From Vicugna vicugna (taxonomy: Eukaryota): DNA of 64,000 bases. The translations under genes and the position numbers were made by a program. The stretch's first letter is position 1, and the number at the start of each line of letters is the position of its first letter. The stretch is from contig MU058463.1 of the NCBI GenBank assembly GCA_013265495.1, positions 1,201,523 to 1,265,522 of the forward strand. Reading direction: 5' to 3'. Below are positions 22,946 through 35,994 of the stretch, in pieces. Under the pieces are notes generated by a model. The model was not told the DNA's origin. It was given only the letters and a program-made list of their open reading frames with translations, and did no database searches.

Positions 22946-23940
22946 GTTACTGAGGTAACTTTGGGTAAGTACCTTGGTCCTATAAGGCTGTTTAGAGATG
23001 AATATAGGCTTAGAACTTTTTCAGTTTCCTCTCTCAACCCTGTGGAAGGGAAGGAAGATGGGCTGGAGATTGAGATTGTGTTCAGTAAGCAATGGCTAAT
23101 GATTTAATCACTTGTGCCTTGTAATGAGACCTAATGAAGAGGAGGGTTCAGAGAGCTTCTTAATTGGTGAACACGTGAGATTCAGGGAGGGTGGTGTGCT
23201 TGGAGAAGGCATTGGAAGCTCTGTACCCTTTCCCCATTGAAAAACAAATTTCAGCTGAGTAAATTTTAAAGCTTTTATTGGCTTTATTTCTGATTCATGA
23301 AATGGGCAGCATTCAATTAGCAGATAGAAAGGAGCTCCAAGGAGCTGTACAAAATGAAAGACTTACAGGCAAAAGGCAGCAGGAATGATAAACAGACAAA
23401 AAAATAGGTTGGTTATTGCAAATTACTGTCCTTTAGAGGATGGCAGGGGTCTCTCACAGTGCTCATTAGGCTATTCCTGATTGGTTTAGACTCCATTTCT
23501 GGGAGAGCCAAGTCTTGGTTTGGTGATGTAGGGCTTAGCATAAGCAACCCCATTTGGACCTGTTTTCTTGCCTTTAAGAACCTATGTCTTGCCCTGTGTG
23601 TCTCTTCTATCTGGCTGCTCCTGAATTATCTCCTTTTATAATAGATCTATAATCTCATAAGGAAAGTGTTTCTCTGAGTTCTGTGAACCATGCTAGCAGA
23701 TTAATCAGACCAGAGGAGAGGGCTGTAGAAACCTCCAGTCTATAGCTGGCTGGACAGAAGCACAAGTGACAACCTGGACTTGTGATTGGTATGGGGAGTA
23801 GAGGGGTCTTGTAGGACTAAGCCTTTAACCTATCTCCAGGTGGAGAGTGTCAGATTGGATTTAGTTGCCAGACCCCCAGCTGGTGTTGGAGAATTGTTTG
23901 ATGGTGTGTTATAAAGATACATACATTGGGATTGGTATCT
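22946..23940. mobile_element. MER21-like LTR interrupted by a younger LTR (~23238-23580)
   Basis: cagagagcttcttaattggtgaacac...gaagctctgtaccctttcccc | insert | ttgccctgtgtgtctcttc...tttctctgagttctgtga...cacaagtgacaacctggacttg. Confidence 0.7.
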
Positions 23941-26900
23941 GAATTGTAGGGTCATTTATTTAATTCAACTATTTTCATTGCTTCTTGTTTATTAACATTA
24001 ATATTTAAGGCTATGAATTTTCCTCTGGGGAACATTAGCTGTGATGTAGTGTTTTTAGTATATCAGATATTCCAAATTTGAGTTTTGATTTCTTCTTTAA
24101 TCCAAATGTTGCTTGAGAGCTTTAAAATTTCTAGGCAGAGGGCCTTTTTATTGGTTATATATCATGTTATTGAATTGCAAATTCTTTTTTCTGTACTTAT
24201 TTTTTAACACAATAAATGAGGATGGCTTAACAACAGAAAAAAAAAAAAAAGAAAATGGTATTAGATTACCTTATAATGGATAAGGGGGTAAGCCAATTAG
24301 TGATTTCAAAGCATAGTTACTAAATAAGAACATTTAAGGAGTCAGTATCAATTTTATTTACCATTAGGTCAGAATCATGTCTCTATAAATTATTTTATAA
24401 TTATTATAAAATTATTAGTTTATGGTAAAATAGAAAGGTAACATGTGGTAAGTTTGAAGAAGTAGTATAGCATGAAAAATTTGTTATTTAATATACTATG
24501 CTAAGAAGTTTGGTCTTAATTGTAAAGGAAAAAAGGCCATAGAAAGTTTGACAGCAGGTAATTTATAGTTAGTATTAGGATTGTAATTTACCTGCCTGAG
24601 AAGTGATGAAAAAATGGAAATTAACACTAAATGTACATGTTATAATATTATAAGGGCCATAAGCAGGGCTAACATCTCTCAAGACCAAGGTTTCCCTCTA
24701 CTCCTGGGCTCTAAATGTATTACACTTTGATTTTGGTGTACACCTTCTCACTACATAGCGAGTGGAAAAATTAGGCTGAGTTCATCACCTGCTTCACAGG
24801 GGTGAGATACCCAGGAAGCTCAGATCAGAGAGTATGTGCCCCAGATTCCCACCCTGTCTTCACCCCTCAATGATGCATCATTTCAACAGACAACTGTCAG
24901 GGGAAATTCCTTTATGTGATTTTTCTGGAGTACCTTTAGTCATGAACAGTTGCTTTTGTTCCAAGAAGTAACAGCTTCCAAAAGCCTTGAGCTTTTCCTG
25001 ATGCCAGTTACTTCTGGGGTTGGCAGAGGTGTTCTAACATCAACTTTCATGTCGTCCTTATTGTCCCCTGTGTCAAACAGCTCTGAGGTCCTTTGGAACT
25101 GAGGATTATACCTTCAATAATACCAGATTAACATCTTCCAGGATTACATCCATACGGTTGATTTTCACTGTTGTACTTAAATTTGGGAAATGTTATCTCT
25201 AAATTTCGCTTGAATTAAAGTAAATTCTAGGTTGAAATTGTGAACTTGCCCTTCACTGCCAATCACCACCTAATCTCAAGGGTTCTGAAAAATTGAAAAT
25301 TACCCCCAAATTCCTCTTGACTACAAACCCTCTCCTTATACTGCAAAAGTGCATCTGTGTCATTCTCTCCTACTGAATGGCCCAGAGGATCCTGTGGTTC
25401 CCCCAGGCTGTCACACAATTAAACTAACACAGTAACTAGGGTGACAGACTTACAGAAAGTATTTTTCATTAAAAATATAATTGAGCTATTACCAAGAAAC
25501 AGGGGTTGTGGCTTTTTAAACATGCCTGGCTTTGTTCTGGTGTGTTTATTCACTAGTGAGCTTATGTGAAGCCTTAGTAATTGCAATGGTAGTCTTTTAA
25601 ATGTAAAAGCAGAATGTCAGCAGTTCACACATTTCAAAACAAATCTAAAAATCCTTCCCTAATTAGAGAACAGCATTTTATTATTCTCTTTAGAATCACA
25701 GAAGAAGATGAATGGTGAGGAGGAAAGCTAACTAGCTAGAAGAGGGAGTGCGGGAAACTTGTTTTACAAGGGCCTCTGCTTTCATTTCTCTCGTGGTATG
25801 TCTTACTTAGGAGACGTCATTAATACATATTGGATGGAGATTTTACACAAGATAATCTGAGGGAAAAAAAAAAACTATTTCTGAAAGAAAAATCACCCTG
25901 TTTGTTATCTGTTGTTTTATTGTTTACCTGCCAGAGACCGACACTAAATATTTAGTCTTTATTCTTATGCACGAAGATGTTAATTTTTCTTTACACCACA
26001 TTTTGAAATATCATGGCGTTGTCTATGTGTTTCAGATATCTTCTGAGCGTGTCAAGGTGCTTAATTTTACTTCTCATGATCCTTATAATTTAATATTTAC
26101 CTTTCGGGGAGATTATACTTTAATTTCAAAGCAAAAGTTTCAGTGATAGGAAATGCAGTACTGCAGTTTTCCAGATTATGTCCATACCAAGCCCAAATGC
26201 TTCATTTTAATTATTACCTATGGCAATTGCTTTAACTTTTCCCTGGCTTCTGGTCTGATGTTTGGGACTCAGTTGATGGCTCAACTATTTGTAATTCTCT
26301 GTAAATTTCTTGCTTCTTGTAGCCATGGTCTTAACACCATTAGCTGGGAGTGTACCTCACCTCCAATGCTCTTCAACTCTCTTATTTAAAACACTTCGTA
26401 ACATTGAAAGATTGGCTCAAAGCCCTTAATATTTTCATACTGGAGGCTCATACTTCTCTGAGGATTATTGGTAAGGAAATATTCAATATCTGTTTTACTC
26501 TTTATCACATTTTTATAACATCTGTCTATACTTGCACTTGATCCTGAACTCCTCAAGACTCAGTGCATATATTAGTTTTTACATCTTCAGGTGTACATCT
26601 TCAGATGTATGGTATAGTTCTCGGACTCACTGAACAGTCAACACTGGGGAAAATAACCACAAAGGAATATAATGTAGGTCAATTATAATTTAATTTTAAA
26701 AAGAAATGAAAAATAACCAGTAAAATGAATGAATCAACATATGATTAAAGACACCCCCATCTCATTCATTTATTCAGCAGATACTTATTGAGCACTTTCT
26801 ATATTGCAGGCAAAGGCTGATTATACAGATGTTAAGAAAGCAGACTCAACTGTGCTGGTTGTACTGTAATTTCTATTTGTCTAGGAATGCTGTGTGTGTT

Positions 26901-28212
26901 ATAACCAAAAGGTCAACCAACACTTTAATATTACAAGTGTAATTAAAATGGAGCTATTAACTATATTCCTAGAGTTGATTTTTCACTCTTGACACTGCAG
27001 CAGAAGAGACAAGGACATTGATGAGGATGATCATGAAACATGTAGTAATGGAGCGGTGAATTTGTGTGTTTGGGTTCTGGATTCTGCTACGTATTATATA
27101 TAGAGCCTGTGGCGAACATATCAAAAGGGCTGTGGTGAGATTTCAATAAGTAATAAGCACATGGTAAGCTTGTAATAAATATTGGCTATTATTACTCTTT
27201 ATAGGATTATATGTCACTCAATGAAAGCATTCTAAGATCACCACATAATTTGATGTTTAATTCATAAAGAAAAATATGGATGTTTTCTTTGCCTACAAAT
27301 ATCCACTGTATAACCTCCACCACTACTCATAGAACATATGTCTTGATCTCTTGAATGCCTAATTCTTTCCTGAAAAAATGACTGCACAGTTATATGTCTG
27401 AAAAAATATTGATACTCATTTTGTTTTTGTGTGGGGAGGCTTATCTGGTTTTATTTATGGATTTGATTTTGTTGGCCTAAGATCCTCAAGGCTTTCCATG
27501 AGAATACACAGGTAGAGTTATTTTTGTCACCAAGACCCCAATTAACAGATGTAATATAACGCCAAGAGTAACTGCAGAAAAAAGAAGGGCAAACATTAAA
27601 AAAAAAGCAAAAGACTCTGTGAGGTATTTTATAGAATAATGTATGCCCCCTTTCCACCCATTCTCACCAAAGTTTGTGTAGTGCAATTATTTCTCTACTC
27701 AAAGACTTCTCTCAAGTTATCTCTTCAACTGAATATGAACATATGTGTACATACATACAGTTACACACACACACAGTCATCCCACCTTCTGTATTATCTC
27801 TATATTCTGCACATGTTTTAAATTATCAAGTATAAGAAAATTTACTGATGTGTGTATATGCATATTACTCTCCTTCAAATATGTTTACTGATTTTCCTAG
27901 CACAAAAGTTTTGCTCAGTGCGGTTTTATTGAGCCAAACATAATTGATCAAAGTAGAAGAATTGTTAATGTAAAGATAGAAATCTAGGAGTCAGAGGCTG
28001 TCTATGCACATGTACAGAGTTTATGAATCTCAGGGCTGACTTATATGTGGCTTCAGACACCAGAATCTCTTTCTATACATTCTTGGAACAGCTTTGGTCC
28101 CCATAAAACATTTGTCTTAATTTGACTGTCAGATTAATGATAGCATAGTTCTACCTCAGATCTTTTAAAGTGTCAAACTCCCAGACATTCTTTGACAATC
28201 TAAAAATTGAAA

Positions 28213-28215
28213 AAA

Positions 28216-28262
<47 letters not shown>

Positions 28263-28263
28263 A
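28213..28263. repeat. (AAAT)n microsatellite
   Basis: Direct read. Confidence 0.95.
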
Positions 28264-29459
28264 GGAAATGGAGAGGACATAGGGGTTTTAAATAATGCTG
28301 TATTTCTTTATAGTGTTTCTATTAAAATTGTAGTTATAAACTAATATGAGCTAAGAATAATATAATATTTATAATGTTTGAAAGCCTATTAAAATTTCCT
28401 CTGGAGTGTAAACAAAATTGAATCTCCAAATTACATTGGGGACCCAAATTATTGGCCAATTTACTCGTTTGCAAAGGAGCATATTATCACAAAGTGAACT
28501 TCATTAATTCTCAGTGATTCTAAATCAAATGTCAGCCTCTATGACTTTTCCTTTAAAAATGTAATTTTTCTTTCATTTATAACCGTCATCTGAGATAGTA
28601 AAAACAAATTTCAACAGAAAAGAGATCATTAGAGTACTGTATGTCCTGTGGGATTGCATCCAGAGAGATTCTGCTGTGGAGATTGCAAGCTTTCTTGCCT
28701 TTTAATTCAATTCAAGGTCATGAGGATTTTCACATTTAAATAAACTTGGTATTATAAAGTGAACTTTTAATAAAATTGGCAAATCAGTGATTTTTTTCTT
28801 CACTCTTTCCAGACTCCAAATCTTAATTATTCTTTGTTGTCCAAAAATCTCTTGAGTTCAATATAATCATGTATAATACATAAGAATTGGCAAATACTGA
28901 CTGCAAGCCGAAATATAACTTTTTTACTCACTTTTAATGAGATAGTCTAATTATTTCTTGAAAAGAGCATATATAATTGATAATTCCTCTTAGGAAAAAT
29001 TACTAATTTGGGGATATGCATTTGTACTTTTTTACATAGCAGAGCTTTGCATTAAAATATTGAAAAAAATTGACAGATTTTTAGAAATTTTTTCTAAAGA
29101 TATTCAAGCTCAGATCTTTTCACACATGTTGTTTCACACTCTGCATTTTTAGAATCTCTCCTATAAAGATAAATACATTTGCCCTTAACACTATTAATCA
29201 TTTGTATTTTTTCTGTTATCACTTAGATTCCAGTATGTGAGATCATGCCTATAGTTTGTACCAGAGAAAAGTAATTTTTATATGTGGAATATAGAGGATT
29301 GGAGAATTAAGTAAAATGATGATAAACAAGCAATAAATTCTCAAAAGGGGTTTATTGGATATGCACCACATTGGAGCAGATTCAGCTTGCTTTAATATAC
29401 ATTTGTGTACTTCCATCTCTGTGTGTATTTTTGAAGTCCTCAAGTTAGAAGGAGAAGTA

Positions 29460-29656
29460 AGCAGTATCCTGGAGCCTCATCATGTTAATGAGCAGATTTT
29501 ATGTATCTCTTCCCAATTCTACATTCAGCAATGGATATCAGCATCTTATTGCTTGAACATGGCCATTGTTTGAATATTTACACCACTGAAGTTGGCAAAC
29601 AGCTGTAAATCAACTTCAGCAAACAGTTATTGAACGTTTACCAGCAGAACATTGGT
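29460..29656. mobile_element. MER63-like remnant
   Basis: gaatatttacaccactgaagttggcaaac...gttattgaacgtttaccagcagaacattgg. Confidence 0.55.
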
Positions 29657-30162
29657 GATACTATACACCAAAACTAATGGCCCTGAAAATATACATTTTT
29701 GAATTTAATTCTACAGTTACCCAAGTTTCACTTTTGAAGGAAAATAGAAGTTTGTGATAAAGATGTATGACTATTTCATTGTGTCCCTATTTTAAAGATG
29801 GTGACTATATACTCTTTTCCTATAACTTGGGTATAGAATGTAATTAAACCAAACAAGAATACTTAATTATTTATGGAAATTTACAAAAATCAACTTGGTT
29901 TTCACACATGTAATTGATTTTATATTCTGCCTTCTGCCAGCATCTATGAAACAGTGAAAGAAAAACTGATTATCTTGTAAGTAGACTAAAATCAAATCAC
30001 TCAACAAACACTAAAAAAAAAAAATGATTTAAATTGAAACACCAACCTTAAAAGTAAAATTAAGCATTGATCAATTCTGTTGACTCTAGTGCTACATAAA
30101 TCAGCCATCTTTCAAAAGGCATTCCAGAGGTTTATATTACTGAGATTAAGAAAATATACTTA

Positions 30163-32243
30163 TGACAGAGATAAAGTCTAAGATGGTGACATAGGAAGCT
30201 TCTGAATTTCCCTCCTCCCACAGAAGCAACAAATGTACAGCTATGCCATGGAGCAATCTCTTCTGAGAAAAATCCAGAAATGTAGGGCAACAGAGAAAAT
30301 CCCCACATGAGATCCTGTAAGAAACACTGAGAGATGCTGTCTCCATTAACCCTATCTTTGACACAGCACCATTACAGGAGGGAACCGTCAACTCCCAGAT
30401 TTTCTCTGAAGAGTAAAGGATTTGGACTACACATCTAGCACCTCAAACTTTAAGACTCCTACCTAAGGAAACCATCAACAAAATGAAAGGGCAGCCTGTG
30501 GAATTGGAGAAAATTTTTGCAAACTATCTATCTAAGAAGGGATTAATATCTAAACTATGTAACAAATTTATGTAACTCAATAGCAATAAAAATAAGTAAC
30601 CTGATTAACAAATGGGCAAAGGACCTGAAAAGTCATTTTTCCAAAGAAAGCATACAAGTGACCAAGAAGGACAAGGCACATTGCTAACCATCATGGAAAT
30701 TCAAATCAAAACTACAAGCAGAAAAAAAACCCAAAACAAAACCCCGAGGAGATAGGACCACACATCTATCAGAACATATAATTATCAAAAACACAAGATA
30801 TAACAAATGCTGGTGAGAATGTGGGGAAAAGGGAGCTCTTGTGCACTGTTACTAGGAGTATAAACTGATACAATCACTATGGAAAATATGAAAATTCCTC
30901 AAAAAAATCAAAAATATTATTGAGCAATACCACATCTAGGTATATATCCAAAGGAAACTAAATCAGAATCTCAAAAAGATATTGCACTCCCATGTTCATT
31001 GTAGCATTATTTACAATAGCCAAAGTATGGAAACAACCTAAGTATTCATCAGTGGATAAATGGTTAAAGAAAATGCAGCCTATACATATACAATGGAATA
31101 TTATGCAGCCTTAAAAAAGAAGGGAATTCTGCCATTTGTGACAACATGGATGAATCTAGAGGGTATTATGTATGCTATGTGAAATAAGCCAGACATAGAA
31201 TGACAGATATTGCATGGTATCACTTATATGTGGAATCATAAAAGAAGAAAGAAAGAAAGAAAATCAAACTCATGGAAAATGAGAGTAGGAGAGCATTTGC
31301 TGGGGGCTGGTGTGTGGGGAGGGGAGTACAGGAAGTGGTAGATAAAAGCATACAAACTTTCAGTTATAAAATGAATAAGGTCTTATTCATGGGTCATGTA
31401 GGTCATGTATCAACATGCACCCCAATGTTCATAGCAGCACTATATACGATAGCCAAAACATGGAAGCACCCTAAATGTCCATCAACAGATGACTGGATAA
31501 AGAAGTTTTGGTATATTTATACAATGGAATACTATTCAGCCATAAAAAAGAATAAAATAATGACATTTGCAGCAACATGGATGGACCTAGAGATCATCAT
31601 TCTAAGTGAAGTAAGTCAGAAAAAGAAAACTACCAGACGCTATCACTCATGTGGAATCTAAAAAAAAAAAAAAAAAAAAGAAGAAGACACTAATGAACTC
31701 ATCTACAAAACAGAAACAGACTCCCAGACAGTAAACAATCTTATGGTAACCAGGGTAAGAGGGGTGGAAGAGGGAAATAGATAAATTTGGGAGTTTGAGA
31801 TTTGAAAATGTTAGCCACTATATATAAAAATAGATTTAAAAAAACAAATTGCTTCAGTATAGCACAGGGATCTATATTCAATATCTTATAATAATCTTTA
31901 ATAAAAATGAATCTATGTATGTATATGCATGATTGGGACATTCGCTGTACACCAGAAATTGACGCATTATAACTGACTGTCCTTCAAAAAAAAAAATGAG
32001 TAAGGTCTGAAGGTCTAACCTATAACATGGTAACTACAGTTGATAATACTATATTATATAATTGAAATTTGCTAAGGGCATAGAACTTGTGTTCTCATGA
32101 AAGAGGTAAATATGTGAAGTGATGAATGTAAATTAACTGAATGATGGAGTTCTTATACAGTGTATATGTGCATCAAATTGTCATTTGTACACTTTAAATA
32201 TGTTACAGTTTTGTCAGTTATACTGCAATAAAGCTGAGATAAA
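30163..32243 (+). mobile_element. Internally deleted L1 (5'UTR fused to ORF2 end + 3'UTR) with a nested younger L1
   Basis: 5'UTR-like ctaagatggtgacataggaag...; junction cctaag|gaaaccatcaac at ~30467; TSD aagaaaatatactta (30148-30162) / aaggaaatatattta (32244-32258). Confidence 0.75.
31384..31992 (+). mobile_element. Young camelid-type L1 3' fragment nested in the older L1
   Basis: TSD aaaatgaataaggtct (31368-31383) / aaaatgagtaaggtct (31993-32008); ORF2 C-terminal peptide TCTPMFIAALYTIAKTWKHPKCPSTDDWIKK; poly-A. Confidence 0.92.
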
Positions 32244-34311
32244 AAGGAAATATATTTAATGTTCACTTCTTTATGCTGTTTTTTCAGTTTCAGTTATAAG
32301 CTTAAATATACACTAAGAATTTATGTCTGTTTTTCTTAGTCTTTATGGTCTTTTATTCTCTCTGCTTCAAATTCATCCCCTCAAACTTGGACCTTTATTG
32401 CATTCATTTATTATTTTCCCTCTGACTTAAAGTTTCTTGAGACAGTGTTTTAGAGTATCCTGGGTTTCTTTTAATATTTTAGAATTCTGGGCGCTAAAAC
32501 AGACTTTTTAAAGTGGTATGTCAAGGCAAAATCCTGGAAATCTGTATTTTAGCAAGCATCTATGTGGTTTTTATGATCAGATATTTTAGGGAAGACTATC
32601 TTAATGTTAGAAACATTTAAATTTTTGTCATTAAGTCTTTACCTTCTTTTGTACCCCAATGAAACCTTGTCAAACGTAAGAATTGTAGTTTTTGATTCAC
32701 GTGTCAAATGATAACCCCAAGACTGGAATACTTAGAAAGTAAGTGCGTAAACATTTATTTAAAAAGTATTCTTAAGTATTCGTTATATGCATAGACTATA
32801 CTCAGAATTATGGGGAACATGCAAAAAACTTTTCTCATTTCTCTCAAGAATTAATTATATTTCTCATTGAAAAGGACTTAGGGTTTTTCAATATTTCATG
32901 GGAATGTTAGATTTAGTGAAGATGTAGGATGCTTTAACTGTTATGAGAAAGTTTCAAAAAATTTATATTACTTATTAATTGTGTTTGTGTGTTATTAACT
33001 TTGCTGTGCTTAGGGAAGTTATTGTGCCATTTCCAAGAAATATGCTTTGGAGTTTAGATCCTGCTCTGCCACTTACCTTGGTAAAACTAGGAAAAATCTC
33101 TGTATTTAAGTCTCAATTTCCTCATCCTTAAAATTGAGATACTTATATCCATTATGATTATGATAAACAGATGATTTACTGTTTGTAAAACACTTATCTA
33201 GGACATGTATCACATTATGGACTAAAAATGTATTTCATTAATTTATTTCAAAAGTTTTCCTATGTGTTGGGCAAAATTCATGACCTCTTAGAGCTTAAAT
33301 TTTGGTGGGTTCAATTTCTATTATATTGGTCTTGTATTTAAAATGTACTTCTGTAAATTGGCCTGTTCACAAGCTAAAATAATTTAAAAGTGCGAGAAAT
33401 AAATCTCTCGATCTTTCTTTAATACCAAGTACTTCACACTACTCAAAAATGAAAAAAAAAAGACTCCAACAAAGAAATACATTTATGTAATTTTTTTTTC
33501 TTTTTTGAGTGCAAGGTTTTACACTAATCTTATTTTAGAGATGAAATCTGGAAAAAAAAAGTATTTTTAATGATTGGCATGTATTTTAGAATATGTAAAT
33601 ATTTTCAGAGGTGAAGTTTTCTTTATGAAAGGCTGTGGTCAAGTCCCACTTTTTACTCATGTAATTATGTGCTGAGCAGCTATGAGGTTCTAAGCACTGT
33701 CCTTGGCACTGGTCACATGGTAAATAAGACAAGCACAGTCCTAGATGTCAAAGCTCTTTCCCCCTTTCCCAGCCATCCCGGATCACAGGAGTCCTGACTT
33801 CCTCTGATTCCCAGACAACTGTCTCTGTTATGTACTCTAGCACCAAAGCATATACCTGAGTGTTCTCTCTTCTACGTGTGTATTTTACTGAAATGCTAAA
33901 CGCAGACTATATTCAATAAAAAATGGACCAGTTTAATTGAATTAGACAGGAGGTGCATTCTAAATAAAAGACTTCCATTAAAGAGCAACATTTCCTATTC
34001 ACTGCCAAAAAATAATTCATGCTACTAGTTGACAAAAAAGACAAAGTGAAGGATTTTCACCTCAAATTATCTTAAATTAGCAGTCATATATATGCTGTAC
34101 GTAGTGTGTTCCATATTTATTACTCAAAACTATCAAAACTGCATGAATTGCGTATCCTGGCATTTTCAAGGTTTGTCTAACTTTTTATAAAGATTTATTT
34201 GAAAAAAATGTATGTGCTTTCTTGATCTACTTCCTGTTTTTCATTGAGCTCACACTTACAGTATTTGCTTTTATTTTAATATCTTATGATTTGTCCATCG
34301 ATTTAAACAAT

Positions 34312-34441
34312 TTTTTAATATTTTTCTGTGGGAGGTAATTGGGTTTATTTATTTATTTACTTGATGGAGGTACTGGGGATTGAACCCAGCACTTCATGCA
34401 TGTTAAGCATGCGCTCTACCACTGAGCTATACCTTCCTCCC
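34312..34441 (-). mobile_element. tRNA-derived camelid SINE
   Basis: atggaggtactggggattgaacccagcacttcatgcatgttaagcatgcgctctaccactgagctatacc. Confidence 0.92.
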
Positions 34442-34879
34442 AACAAGATGTTTTTAACAGCAGCTGAATTTAAAAATTATTCACAATTTATGGTAAATGT
34501 AGTGTATGAATATGTGTGTATTTGTATCTATACCTATATATATATTCTGTTTTTTAATTCAGCATATGAATTAAGCTTTGAAAAATCAAAGAATAACATA
34601 TCAATGGTGTGTTTTTACTGACATATTTTCCATCCTAAAAGAATACCTTTATAAATCTAAGTTATATATTCATAAAATAATACTAAATTTTATTTTACTA
34701 TAAAATTTAAGACACATTTTTATGATAGTAAAATAATTATATTTCCAGTGAATTAAATTTAAAATTCCCATAAAATATGAAGAAGAAAATTAAAATTGCC
34801 CATAATTTTTTCCAGATATAAACTGCATTAAGATTTTCTCTTATTTGCTTTCTCTTTGTCTCTCTGTCTCTCTCCTTTA

Positions 34880-35090
34880 AATGTGAGTGTGAATCTATAT
34901 GAATATTTATGAACATGTGTATGTATGTATTTGCATGTATGCACATATGTATATATGATATGTATAATATATGCATGTGTGAATTGTGAGCTTACATGCA
35001 TGCATGTGAATACACATATGATATGTGTATAGATGTATATATGAATGTGTTGATTATGATATATTCATGTACAGTGTGTGTGCATGCTTC
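34880..35090. repeat. Low-complexity (TG/TA/TATG) tract
   Basis: Direct read. Confidence 0.8.
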
Positions 35091-35953
35091 AGTATTTATA
35101 CATTTTTTATTTAACAATATTATGTAAAATTGTCTATGTCAAAAAATAGTATTGATTAATATTATTTTAATGATAATATGTCATTATACAAAGGCACTAT
35201 TTAACCAATCTTCAATTGTTGAAAATTTGTTATTAATTTTCCCATTTAAAAAAATATCACGTTAAGACCATCTAGGTAATGAAATTTTTTTTTCCTTCTC
35301 TTACATTTCTGTCTTCTTTCTTTTTCTTACCTCTCTGTAAATATACTAGTAAGATTTAAATTCCCAAGCCCTTACTTTGATATTGTTCATGCTATTGGCA
35401 AAATGACAATAAGGCCTATTGTCCTTCACTCATTTCTTCCAATTCTGGGACCATGCCCCCCTGTTGGTTGTCTCTCTTAGTGTCACTATGGATACTGGAA
35501 GAAAATCAGGCACCCAGGTAGACACACAGCCAGGCCACAGAGAAGTTTTCTGACTATTTAGAGATTTCACTTTTGGATATATATCTTGATCACTCTTTAG
35601 GGCTTTGAAAAGAGATGATTTTCTCATGGTAAAGGAGCTGATCTCAAAATGTTGCTTTTCACATAAGAGAAAAAATGAAAATCAATTTCAGCACATCATG
35701 AGAAAGAAGAGCAAAGCAGTAACAACACATGCTTTTTTAAAGTTTATTCCCCTTTTAAGAGATAATGTAAAAAAAATGTTTTCGAAGATAGGAAAACCTG
35801 CATTTTAAAGCTCCAAAATTTGTTAACAAAGAGTGGAAAGAGTATTATATTGCCTGTAAATGTAAATAGTTAATGCTTTATAAGTACAATAAGAATATTG
35901 AAGCTATTCTTTTGTACTAAGAAAGCAATAAAATTCAGTGTAAATGCAAATAC

Positions 35954-35955
<2 letters not shown>

Positions 35956-35987
<32 letters not shown>
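35956..35987. repeat. (GT)n microsatellite
   Basis: Direct read. Confidence 0.95.

Positions 35988-35994
<7 letters not shown>

Noticed and set aside
24900..25120. Minus-strand open stretch (QFQRTSELFDTGDNKDDMKVDVRTPLPTPEV...)
   Set aside because: No convincing splice sites and no recognisable homology
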